From assembly GCA_016748015.1 (NCBI GenBank), contig JAAOMT010000494.1, positions 674,190 to 738,189 of the forward strand: 64,000 nt of DNA, written 5' to 3'. Each line of letters starts with the position of its first letter. The stretch's first letter is position 1. The notes below the pieces were generated by a model that was not told the DNA's origin, did no database searches, and was given only the letters and a program-made list of their open reading frames with translations. Shown here one piece after another: positions 40,489 through 51,639 of this stretch. The position numbers were made by a program, and so were the translations under genes. The stretch comes from Geosiphon pyriformis uo1. Lineage: Eukaryota > Fungi > Glomeromycota.

Positions 40489-41607
40489 CTAATGAGTTAA
40501 GAATGGTACCAAGTCTTCTTTGCAAAATGTCTTTGAATTTCCTATTGTTATTTGTTCAAAGGGTATTGTCTCAATGTCAGTTTCTATTGGTAAGGTTGCT
40601 ATTCGTTCATAGAGTAGATAAAAGGGTTCATAACTTGTTATGTCATAATTCACAGTTCTATAGGCAAACAAGACTGAAGGCAGTACTTTGTCCCATAAGT
40701 TTGTTTCTTTGCTGGTTTTGGCTAGGGTTTCACATAGTGTTCTATTGAAATGTTTCACTAGGCCATTTGTTTGGAGGTAATAAGAAGAGGAAAGTTTGTG
40801 ATGTATTCCCATTTTTCTGCAAAGTTCTTTAACAAGTGTACTGAGAAAAGCTCTTCCTCTGTTAGATAAAAGTTCTTTGGGGCAGCCATGGTGACAAATG
40901 ATATCTTCATAAATGAAATTGGCTATTGAGACTGTTGTTTGGTCTGGAGTGGCTCTTGCTTCTACCCACTTTGTAAGATAGTCAGTAGCTGTGATAATGT
41001 ATCTGTTGCCATCGGGAGTTATTGTTAAAGGTCCAACAACATCTATACCAATTCTGTCAAAGGATTGACCAACAGAGATTAGATGGATATCTTCTTTTCT
41101 ATTGGGTATGCCTCTTCTTTGGCAGATGTCACAGGTTTTGATGTATTCAGCAATGTCTTTTCCCAAGATAGGCCAATAATAGTGAGCTAGAGTTTTCTGA
41201 ATTGTTTTTGTTTTTTCAAAGTGTCCAGCTAATGGATCAGTGTGCATATTGTAGATTACAATTTCTCTTTTTTCAAATCTGATGACTCTCTGGAGGCAGT
41301 CAGGATCTTTTCTATTTCTTTTATAAAGTTGGTTTTGGCAAATTAAATAGAAATTTGATTGTTTGCATAAATGTTCTTTTTGTTGTTGTGTGTATTTTGA
41401 TGGGTATTGTTCTTTACCCAAAAATTCCATTAAGGCAGAGTAGTTGTCCAAGTCCATTATCATGTTTGTCAAAAAGGGGGAATTACTAATAATTAAGTTG
41501 GTTTGATTTGAGAGAGTTGTTCTGTTACTGAATAGTAAGTCTGGAGAGAGTGTTGGCGTTTTGATGATTAGCTCCTTTGCAATGTTGAATATCATAGTCA
41601 AATTCAT
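40489..41607 (-). CDS. Integrase portion of Pol, copy 6 (frameshifted near its C-terminus)
   Basis: HHCC zinc site 'MHTDPLAGH..CDIC' and core 'IGIDVVGP'. The second and third catalytic residues are mutated here (SNRG, LVKH) but read SDRG and VERF in copy 5. Confidence 0.88.
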   Translation of the reverse strand: MNLTMIFNIAKELIIKTPTLSPDLLFSNRTTLSNQTNLIISNSPFLTNMIMDLDNYSALMEFLGKEQYPSKYTQQQKEHLCKQSNFYLICQNQLYKRNRKDPDCLQRVIRFEKREIVIYNMHTDPLAGHFEKTKTIQKTLAHYYWPILGKDIAEYIKTCDICQRRGIPNRKEDIHLISVGQSFDRIGIDVVGPLTITPDGNRYIITATDYLTKWVEARATPDQTTVSIANFIYEDIICHHGCPKELLSNRGRAFLSTLVKELCRKMGIHHKLSSSYYLQTNGLVKHFNRTLCETLAKTSKETNLWDKVLPSVLFAYRTVNYDITSYEPFYLLYERIATLPIETDIETIPFEQITIGNSKTFCKEDLVPFLTH

Positions 41608-44180
41608 CCAAGTGAAGTATTCAGCAAGTTATCCATTTGTGTTCTAGCCTCTTTTTGTTGCACAGCCAAACCAAAGCTTGGTGATTTGTTACCACCAAAA
41701 ACTTCACACCAAGAAGATACTTACTCCAGTAACTGGTGGACCATACTACTGCTAAGCATTCTTGTTCAGTAACTGAATAGTTCTGTTCTGCTGGGAAAAA
41801 GGTTCTACTGGCATAGGCTATGGCATGTTCTTTGCCATTTTCATCTTTCTGGGAGAGAACAGCACCAAGTCCAAAGCCAGATGCATCAGTGTGGAGGATA
41901 AAGAGTCGATCTAGATCAGGTTGCTTGAGAATGGGTTCTGTAACCAGTTTTTCCTTTAAAGTTTCAAAAGCTTTTTGCTAATGTGTTCCCCAATGGTAAT
42001 TGACATTTTTCCTGAGTAGCTGATTGAGAAGAGAGGCGATTTTGGAAAAATCCTTGACAAATTTGCAATAATAAGAGGCCAAAACAAGAAAAGAGTGTAG
42101 TTCATGAATGTTTATTGGTTGTTTGATGTTTTGGACTTTTTCAACTTTGGCTGGGTCAGGAAAAATTCCATCTTTTGTGATAAGATGACCAAGAAACTGG
42201 GTGGATTGTCTTCCAAAGAAAGATTTAATTGGGTTGATCTTGAGACCAGCATTTCTGAGGAGGTCAAAAACCTTTTGCAAATGTTCCTGGTGTTCATCCC
42301 AGGTTTTTGAGTATACCATTATATCGTCCAAATAGACTAGAACAAAGTTTTCCTTGACTGATTCAAATACTTTATCCATTAAGCATTGAAAGGTAGGAGG
42401 GGCATTGGTGAGACCAAAAGGCATGACTGTGAATTCATAGGTGCCATACTTGGTGATGAAGACAGTTTTTTTTTTGCTTTCTGGATCCATCTCTACTTGC
42501 CAGAATCCAGCAGTTAAGTTAATGGTTGAGAAGAAAGCAGCATCTTTGAATTGGTCTAACATTGCATCAATCTTGGGAAGTGGGTACATGTCTCTTTTAG
42601 TGATGGCATTTAATTGGTGGTAGTTGACACAGAAGTGTAGTGTTCCATTTTTCTTGGATACCACTACAACTGGGAAAGTTCATTCACTCTTGGTTTCTTG
42701 TATGAATCCAAGTTTTTTCATCTGGTTTATCTCTTTCTTAATAAACTCATCATTGTGCCAATTGGATTGATAAGGCTTCAAATAGATGGGTCGAGTTTCT
42801 CTGGTGGTGATGGTGTGTTGTATCACATGAGTATGTCCAGGGGTATCACCTTCTTTGGAGATAACTGGGCTATTTCTAGCCAGCAAATTTTCAATGTCTA
42901 TTTTTCTTTTTTCTCAGGAGGGTTCTTTTTGTTCTACAATTAGTGATTGGATCTCAGGTGGTTCATTCTCAAAGGACTTCTGTACTTCTTTTAATTCTTC
43001 TTTGGGTATTAAACTAATTGGTTCCCAATCTCTGTAATAGATCAGACATGATTTGCATTCATCGCTTGGAAAATACAAGAGTTTGTTGCACCAACACCGG
43101 GCACAAAGACCATGCCACCAAAAACTGTATTTGGCTTTCTTACCAGGTTTTCTTTCAAAGGTTCTTCTAAGAATATCATAATAAGGCCAGCAGATTAGCT
43201 TGCCATTTACAATGATTCCTTCTTTGTCTGCTTTAACATTGTCCAGTGGTTTGCCATTGCTGGTGAAGGTGGTATAGGTGAGTTCAGCAGTTTCTTCTTG
43301 CTCTTCTTGTTCTTCTTCTTCATTGCTCTCTTTATCATCTGATTCATCTGATTGTTCTTCTTCTTGGTTTTGTTTGGGTACTGGAGGAGTTGTCTAATGG
43401 TGACACTTAACCACAATGGGTTTCTCACCACATCTGATGGTTAATTCACAAAGTTTATAATCAAGCAAAGCTTTTGCTTTCTTGAGCCATTCATTGCCAA
43501 CAATGATGGTGTATTCCTTGGCTTCAGAAACTTCCATATCAGTTTCAATGCTAATTCTATTGATGCAGACAGGAACAGCTTTGGCAATACCCAGTCCTTT
43601 CTTTTTGTTACTATGTACGTTGGTCATTGGTCTGGTGGAAGATTCATCAATCTTTCTACCAATTGCTTCTAAGAAGTGTTTGGCAATGACACTAACAGAT
43701 GATCCACTGTTCAGAATTAAGTCAATGAAGTATCCAACAACTTGGGCTTTACAAATCAGAGGGGTGACATTGCTGTTGTCAGCAAGTCCAACTTGGTGAG
43801 AGCGCTTGTTGGTTTTTGGTGTCTTCTTCTTTAGAATCAAGGATTTGCGAAGATCTTTTCTGAACTGTGGGTGGGTCATTAACTGGCCAAAGGTAATATG
43901 TGCTGGGGTTTCCATGAGATCTTTAACAATGGAATAGGGTCCAGATTTTTGTACAATTTCTGGGGGTTCCAACTTTGGAAGATTCTTAAAAACTTTAGCC
44001 TTTGGTGGCTTATTGTTATCAGCGGCAGAAGTTGAGGCTTTGTTGGGGTCTAGAACGAAATCAACCTTGGCTTTCTTCTTCTTTCTAGTTGGTTCTGAGG
44101 TGTTGATTACTAGTTCATCCATGTCATGGTCATCATCAGTTAAGTTAAAAGCATAAAAGGGGTTTTCTTTTGGTTGGCTT

Positions 44181-44218
44181 GCACTCTCACCCTTTGGAGG
44201 TGTGCCTACCAGTTTAAA
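44181..44218 (-). promoter_or_regulatory. Programmed -1 ribosomal frameshift signal between gag and pol (U UUA AAC plus downstream stem-loop)
   Basis: Gag frame reads CCT TTA AAC TGG TAG. The -1 frame reads FKLVGTPPKGESASQ.. straight into Pol. A GCACACCU/GGGUG..UGC stem starts ~6 nt downstream. Confidence 0.8.
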
Positions 44219-45691
44219 GGCTAATAAACAGTGGCTTCAACTAGGGGATCCTCTCCAAAGAAATTGATGTTGGCATGGTTGGGTCTTTGATTGGGAGTAT
44301 TATTGTTGATGGGTCTATTGTTTTAATTGTCATTATTTCTGGAAACTGGAGGAGATAAAGGAGGATTGTTGCAATCTCTTGAGAAATGTCCAGTTAATCC
44401 ACATCTATAACATACAGGAGGACCACGATTTTGCTGTCTTTGATAGAGAGGTTGCTGGGGCTGGTTAAAACGAGGTTCATATCTAGGTCTTGGTGGTTGC
44501 TGGTTATCTCTGACTGCTTGTGCCAATGGTTCTAATAACTGGGCAAGGTTAGCTGTGAGTCTATCTATCAATTGTTCATTTGGGTCTTGGGTTTGGGCAG
44601 CAAAAGAAGTAGCAGCCACTTGAGGAGCAGGGGCCATGACAGGAGCAGGAGCGAAAACTGAAAGTGTGGATCCTAGATGCATCCTTTGGTTATCTTCAAT
44701 CCTTTGGGCGAGTTCAATAGCCATATCCATTGTAGGGTTGTCTTTCAGAGCCAAGAGAGGCCAAAGAGCATAAGATAAGTCAGTTCTCAATCCTTTTGTT
44801 CTTCTGTCCAGTTCCTTCCAGAGTTTACTCGCTTGATTAACTTTCTGATTGCTTTGGCATATTTGGTTACAACTTCACCAGGACCTTGGGTTCTTCTTTC
44901 CAGTTCCATGTGCCATTTAGATATTAAGATTGGGATTCTGAACTTGTTTTCAAACTGGGTAGTGAAAGAGGTATTGTTTTTTCCTGCATCTGCTGGTGTC
45001 TATCTGATAATTCTGTGCTGGACATTGGCATTGGTTTCTTGTGAAAACCATGTGGCAGAAGAGCCTTGAAGGTAGCCACCAATGATTTGGAACTTGTACT
45101 CATCATCATATTGGTTGGCAGTGGCTGCTCTTTCAAAATTGTCCAACCATTCAATTGGATCTTGTGCATCACCTCTGAATAATGGTAATGGGGTGTTGTT
45201 TCTTCGCCCCAAAGCAGTTTGTATGCCTTGGAGGGTGGCTAGGATGTTTGCTTGCATTGGATCTTAGGCCATTGGTTTAGGAGTTACTGTTTGAGTGGAA
45301 TGATCTGAATCACTTGGGAAGCCAGATGTGAATTTGGTGATTTAGATATTTGAATTCAGGAGATTGTTGTTCAAAGGTTGCTGAGTATAAGAGCTGATTG
45401 ATATTGTTGTTTCTTTCTTCAAAGTTGTTTTCAAAGTAATCTTGGTCAAAGTAATAGATTGTGTAGGCTGTGTAGGTTTCAGCTGAATGCTCATTCAGGA
45501 ACCAGTTCCAAAAGTCTTGGAATTTTCTACTGGATTGTTCTTCAAGAGGGAAGCAAATTAAGCAGGATGGCAAAGGATTGAGTTCAATAAAGTCTAGATC
45601 ATTTCTGTTGTGTGCTTCAAAGTGTTCTACTGATTGTTGTGGTAGGTATGAATAATCACCCATACAATAAGGAAACAAGTGGATTTTGACA

Positions 45692-45709
45692 ACCTCACAG
45701 GGAGCACCA
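45692..45709 (-). promoter_or_regulatory. Primer binding site TGGTGCTCCCTGTGAGGT, likely elongator tRNA-Met
   Basis: Lies 6 nt (TAAAAG) after the 5' LTR. Complementary to a tRNA 3' end ...ACCUCACAGGGAGCACCA, resembling eukaryotic elongator tRNA-Met. Repeated at ~17132, ~18855, ~31257, ~51588 and ~63486. Confidence 0.7.
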
Positions 45710-48700
45710 CTTTTATGTTACGGGTTGGAGTAACAAGCTAATAGATAGCAAGGAAGAACAGGATTGTAGGGTGATGGAAATAATCAAAGGGGATTTAACT
45801 TCAATGAGCGAATTGAATGAGTATGGATTCAATGTGTGAGATCAGTCTCATAAAATATCTCAATCACTATTCTTTTCAAAGGTAACTGGGGAATCTGAAG
45901 GTAGAGGGATAGTCCATACTGTCAACAATTGATCACTGCTGGTATTAATTCTATGCCTTCATGTCGGCACTCTTAGAATTTAATATCAGGTATCAACTTG
46001 TGCTCTTCAGTCATGTTTATACAAATTCAAACAGGAAAAGGCCAACAAGTAATCTTTTATCCTAAGATGTTCAGATACTTGAAGATAGGGAAAGGGAAAT
46101 TAGTGATAAGAGAGTGATTGAGATGAAAGTTGTTATTTTTATTTATTTGATTCTTGTCTGAGAGATGATTTTCTACAGCTAAGAGACTCATTGCTTATAT
46201 AGCTATTGAAAGTGGTCAACAACCAGGTCAATGGTCAGGTCATTGATCAGGTCAATGATCACTATCTAAAAATAGAGTGGCTACTTATGTAACATCAGTG
46301 GCTAATACATGTGATAATTAATAAAAATTATGGGTTTCAACCATAACAGTACCAAGTTTTCTTTGCAAAATGTCTTTGTAATTTCCTATTGTGATCTCTT
46401 CAAAGGGTATTGTTTCAATGTTAGTTTCTATTGGTTGTGTTGTCATGCATCCATAGAGCAGATAAAAAGGTTCATAACTTGTTATGTCATGATTTACAGT
46501 TCTATAAGCAAACAAAGCTGAAGGCAGTACTTTGTCCCATAAGTTTGTTTCTTTACTGGTTTTGGCTAGGGTTTCACATAGTGTTCTATTAAAACGTTCC
46601 ACTAGGCCATTTGTTTGAGGGTGATAAGGGAACCCTTAGCCCAAGCTGTCAGAGAGAATCAACAACCCCAAAGACCCAGATTTGAACCCCGTTTTAATCA
46701 ATCCCAGCAACCCCCATATCAAAGACAACAAAATCATGGCCCACCTGTGTGTTACCACTGTGGATTAACTGGACATTTCTCCAGAGATTGTAACAATCCT
46801 CCTCTGCCTCCTTCAGCTCTTAGAAATAATGACACTCAGAATAACAAACCTAACAATAATAATGTTCTCAATCAAAGAACCAATTATGCCAACATCAATT
46901 TCTTTGGAGAGGATCCCCTAGTGGAAGCCACTATTTATCAGCCTTTAAACTGGTAGGCACATCTCCAAAGGGTGAGAGTACAAGCCAACCAGAAAAAAAC
47001 TCTTTTTATGTTTTTAACCTAACTAATGATGACCATGACATAGATGAACTAGCAATTAACACTTCTAAACCAACAAAAAAGAAGAAAAAAGCCAAAGTTG
47101 ATTTCATTATAGATCCAAAGAAAGCCTCCACATCAACTGCTAATAACAATAAGCTACCAAAAGCTAAAGTTTTTAAAAATCCTCCAAAGTTGGAATCTCC
47201 AAAAATTGTACAAAAATCTGGACCATATTCTGTTGTCAAAAATTTCATAGAAACTTCTGCTTACATTATATTTGGCCAGTTAATGACCCATCCCCAATTC
47301 AGAAAAGACCTTCACAAATCATTAATACCAAAGAAGAAGACACCAAAAACCAACAAGCACCCTCATCAAGCTGGACTTGTTGACAACAGTAATGTCACTT
47401 CTCTGATTTGCAAAGCCCAAGTGGCTGGCTACTTTATTGATTTGATCCTGAACAGTGGATCATCTGTTAGTGTCATTGCCAAACACTTTCTAGAAGCCAT
47501 TAGAAGAAAGATTGATGAACTTTCTATCTGGCCTATGACCAATGTACATGGTAACAAAAAGAAAGATCTGGGTATAGCCAAAGCTGTTCTTATTCACATC
47601 AATGGTATTAGCATTGAAACAGATATGGAAGTATTTGAAGCAAAAGAGTACACCATTATTGTTGGTAATGAGTGGCTTAAGAAAGCAAAAGCATTACTTG
47701 ACTATGAACTTTGCGAACTAACCATCAAATGTGGTAAAAAGCCCATTGTGGTTAAATGCTGTCATTGGACAACTCCTTCAGCAACAACACAGAACTAAAA
47801 AGAACAATCAGATGAATCAGATGATAATGAAAGTGATGATGAAGATCAAGAAGAATAAGAAGAAACTGCTAAACTTGCCTATACCATCTTTACCAGCAAT
47901 GGCAAGTCACTGAACAATGTTAAAGCTGACAAAAAAAGAATCATGGTAAATGGCAAGCTAATTTGCTGGCCCTACTATGATATCTTCAGAAGAACTTTTG
48001 ACAGAAAACCTGGCAAGAAACCCAAATACAGTTATTGATAACATGGCTTTTGTGCACAGTGCTGGTGTAATAAATCTTTGTATTCACCAAGTAATGAATG
48101 CAAATCCTGCCTAATCTATTACAGATATTGGGAACCTATTAGCTTGATACCTCAAGAAGAACTTAAAAAAGTACAAAAGTCTTTTGAGAATGAACCATCT
48201 GAAATCCAATCATTAGTTGTAAAACAAAAAGAATCTTCCCCTGAAGAAAGAAAAGTGGACATTGAAAATCTGTTGGCTAGAAATAGCCCAGTTATCTCAA
48301 AAGAAGATAATACCCCTGGACAAACTCATGTGATACAACACACTATCACCACAAAAGAAACTCATTCCATCTATTTGAAGCCTTATCAATCCAATAGACA
48401 CAATGATGAGTTCATCAAGAAAGAGATAAACCAGATGAAAGATCTTGGATTCATACAAGAAACCAAGAGTGAATGGACTTTCCCAGTTGTAGTGGTATCC
48501 AAAAAAGGTGGAACTCTACGTTTTTATGTTGACTATTGCCAATTAAATGCCATCACTATAAGAAACATGTACCCATTTCCCAAGATTGATGCAATGCTAG
48601 ATAAATTCAATGGTGCTGCTTTCTTCTCAACTATTGACTTAACTGCTGGATTCTGGCAAGTAAAGATGGATCCAGAAAGCAGAAAGAAAACTGCCTTCAT

Positions 48701-51639
48701 TACCAAGTATGGCACCTATGAATTCACAGTCATGCCTTTTGGTCTCACCAATGCTCCTCCCATCTTTCAATGCCTAATGGATAAAGTGTTTGAATCAGTA
48801 AAAGAAAACTTTGTTCTGGTTTACTTGGATGACATAATGGTTTACTCAAAAACCTGGGATGAACACCTTGAACATTTACAGAAGGTTTTTGACCTGCTCA
48901 GAAATGCTGGTCTTAAAATCAATCCAATTAAATCTTTCTTTGGATGCCAATCCACCCAGTTCCTTGGTTATCTTATTACAAAAGATAGAATCTTTCCTAA
49001 CCCAGCTAAAGTTGAAAAAGTTCAGAACATTAGACAACCAATGAATGTTCTTGAACTATGCTCTTTCCTTGGTTTGGCCTCTTACTATCACAAATTTATC
49101 AAGGATTTCTCCAAATTGCTTTTCCTCTCAATCAGCTACTCAGGAAAAATGTCAATTATCACCAAGACACTCATCAACAAAAAGCTTTCAAAATTCTGAA
49201 GAAAAAACTTGTTACTGAACCAATTCTTAAGCAACTAGATCTGAATCAACCTTTCATTCTTCATACTGATGCATCTGGCTATGGACTTGGTGCTGTCTTT
49301 TCACAGAAAAATGAAAATGGCAGAGAACATACCATAGCATATGCCAGTAGATCCCTTACACCAGTAGAAAAGAACTATTTAGTTACAAAACAGGAATGCT
49401 TAGCAGTAGTTTGGACTATTAGCTACTGGGATCAATATCTTCTTGGTGCAAAATTCTTAGTGATAACAGATCATCAAGCCTTGGTTTGGCTGCACAATAA
49501 AAGAAGCTGGAACACAAATGAATAACTCACTGGATACTCCACTTGGATGAATTCAACTATGATATTTAACACCACAAAGGAGCAAATCATCAAAATGTAG
49601 ACACTCTTTCTAGACTTACCATCCAGTGACAGTACAACTTCTCAAACCAAACCAACTTAATTATTAGTAACTCCTTCACAAATAAATATGATAATAGACT
49701 TGGACAACTACTTTGCCTTAATAGAATTTTTGAGTAAAGGACAATATCCATTAGAATACACTTGACAGCAAAGAGAACATTTGTGCAAACAATCAAATTT
49801 CTATTTGATTTGCCAGAACCAATTATACAAAAGAAATAGAAAAGATCCTGACCACCTCTAAAGAGTCATCAGATTTGAAGAAAGAGAAATTGTAATATAC
49901 AACATGCACACTAACTCATTAGCTGGACACTTTGGAAAAACAAAGACAATTCAGAAAACTTTAACTCACTATTATTGGCCTACCTTGGAAAAAGACATTG
50001 CTGAATACATCAAAACCTATGACATCTGCCAAAGAAGAGGCAAACCCATTCGCAAAGAAGATATCCATCCAATCTCTATTGGTCAACCCTTTGACAGAAT
50101 TGGTATAGATGTTGTTGGACCTTTAACAATAACTCCTGATGGCAACAGATATATTATTACAACTATTGACTATCTTACAAAGTGGGTAGAAGCAAGAGCC
50201 ACTCCAGAACAAACAGTAGTCTCAATAGCCAATTTCATTTATGAAGATATCATCTGTTGTTATGGCTGCCCCAAAGAACTTTTATCTGATAGAGGAAGAG
50301 CTTTTCTCAGTACACTGGTTGAAGAACTTTGTAGAAAAATGGGAATACATCATAAACTTTCCTTCCAGTAACCAGGCAAGATTAGCTGTGAGTCTATCTA
50401 TTAACTGTTCATTTGAATCTTGAGTTTGGGCAACAAAAGAGGCAGCAGCCATTTGTGGAGCTGGAGCCATGGCAGGAGCAGGAGCAAAAACTGGAAGTGT
50501 GGATCCCAAATACATCCTTTGGTTATCTTCAATTCTTTGTGCCAGTTCAATAGCCATGTCCATTGTTGGGTTGTCTTTTAAAGCCAAGAGAGGCCAAAGA
50601 GCATATGATAGATCAGTTCTTAATCCTTTTATGAAAGAATGGATCTTTTGCTCTTCTGTCCAGTTTCTTCCAGAGTCTACATGTTTGATTAGCTTTCTTA
50701 TAGCTTTGGCATATTCAGTTACTACTTCTCCAGGGCCTTGGGTTCTTCTTTCCAATTCCATGCACCATTTGGTATTAATATTGGGGTTCTGAACTTGGTC
50801 TCAAACTGGGTAGTGAAAGAGGTATTTTCTTCTCCAGTATTGGTTGGTGTCCATCTGATTATTTGGTGTTGGGCATTGGCATCTGTTTCTTGTGAGAACC
50901 AGATAGCAGGAGAATCTTAGAGATAGCCACCAACGATTTGGAACTTGTATTCTTTATCATACTGGTTGGTAGTGGCAGCTCTCTCAAAATTATCTAACCA
51001 TTCAATTAGATCTTGTGCATCATCTCTAAATAGTGGTAGTGGGGTATTGTTTCTTCTTTTTAGAGCAGTTTGTATACCTTGGAGGGCAGCCAGAATGTTT
51101 GCTTACATAAGGTCATTAGCCATTGGTTCAGGTGTAACTGTTTGTGTGGAGTGTTTTGATTCACTTGAAAAGGGTAACTTTCTTCTTCTGTTTTAAAAAG
51201 AGTTTTAGTTGCTTGATGGACAGCAATCCAAATGTGAATTTGATGATTCAAATATTTGGAATCAGGGGGCTGTTGTTCAAAGGTTGTGGAGTATAAAAGT
51301 TGATTAATGTTGTTGTTTTTTTCTTCAAAGTTGTCTTCAAAATAAGCTTGATCAAAGCAATAAGTTGTATAGGCTGTGTAGGTTTCAGCTGAATGCTCAT
51401 TCAGAAACCAGTTCCAAAACTCTTGGAATTGTCTTACTGGATTGATCTTTAATGGGGAAGTAAATCAAGCAGGAGGGCAAAGGATTGAGTTCAATAAAGT
51501 CTTAATTGTTTTTGTTGTGTGCTTCAAAGTGTTCTTCTAATTGTTGTGGCAGGTATGAATAATCACCCATATAATAGGATTTTGACAACCTCACAGGGAG
51601 CACCACTTTTATGTTATGGGTTGGAGTAATAAGCTAACA

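Larger units (their letters stand above)
38799..46348 (-). mobile_element. Ty3/Gypsy family A, copy 6: full length, among the best preserved
   Basis: LTRs 38799-39501 and 45716-46348 with GTAC TSD (38795-98, 46349-52). PBS 45692-45709. Intact CCHC 'CYRCGLTGHFSRDC', RT YLDD, integrase 41607-40489, open ORF3. Confidence 0.95.

Noticed and set aside
46615-46956. A separate plus-strand Gypsy copy at 46.6-50.4 kb
   Set aside because: It has no LTRs, and both ends join copy 5 precisely, so it is an inversion.
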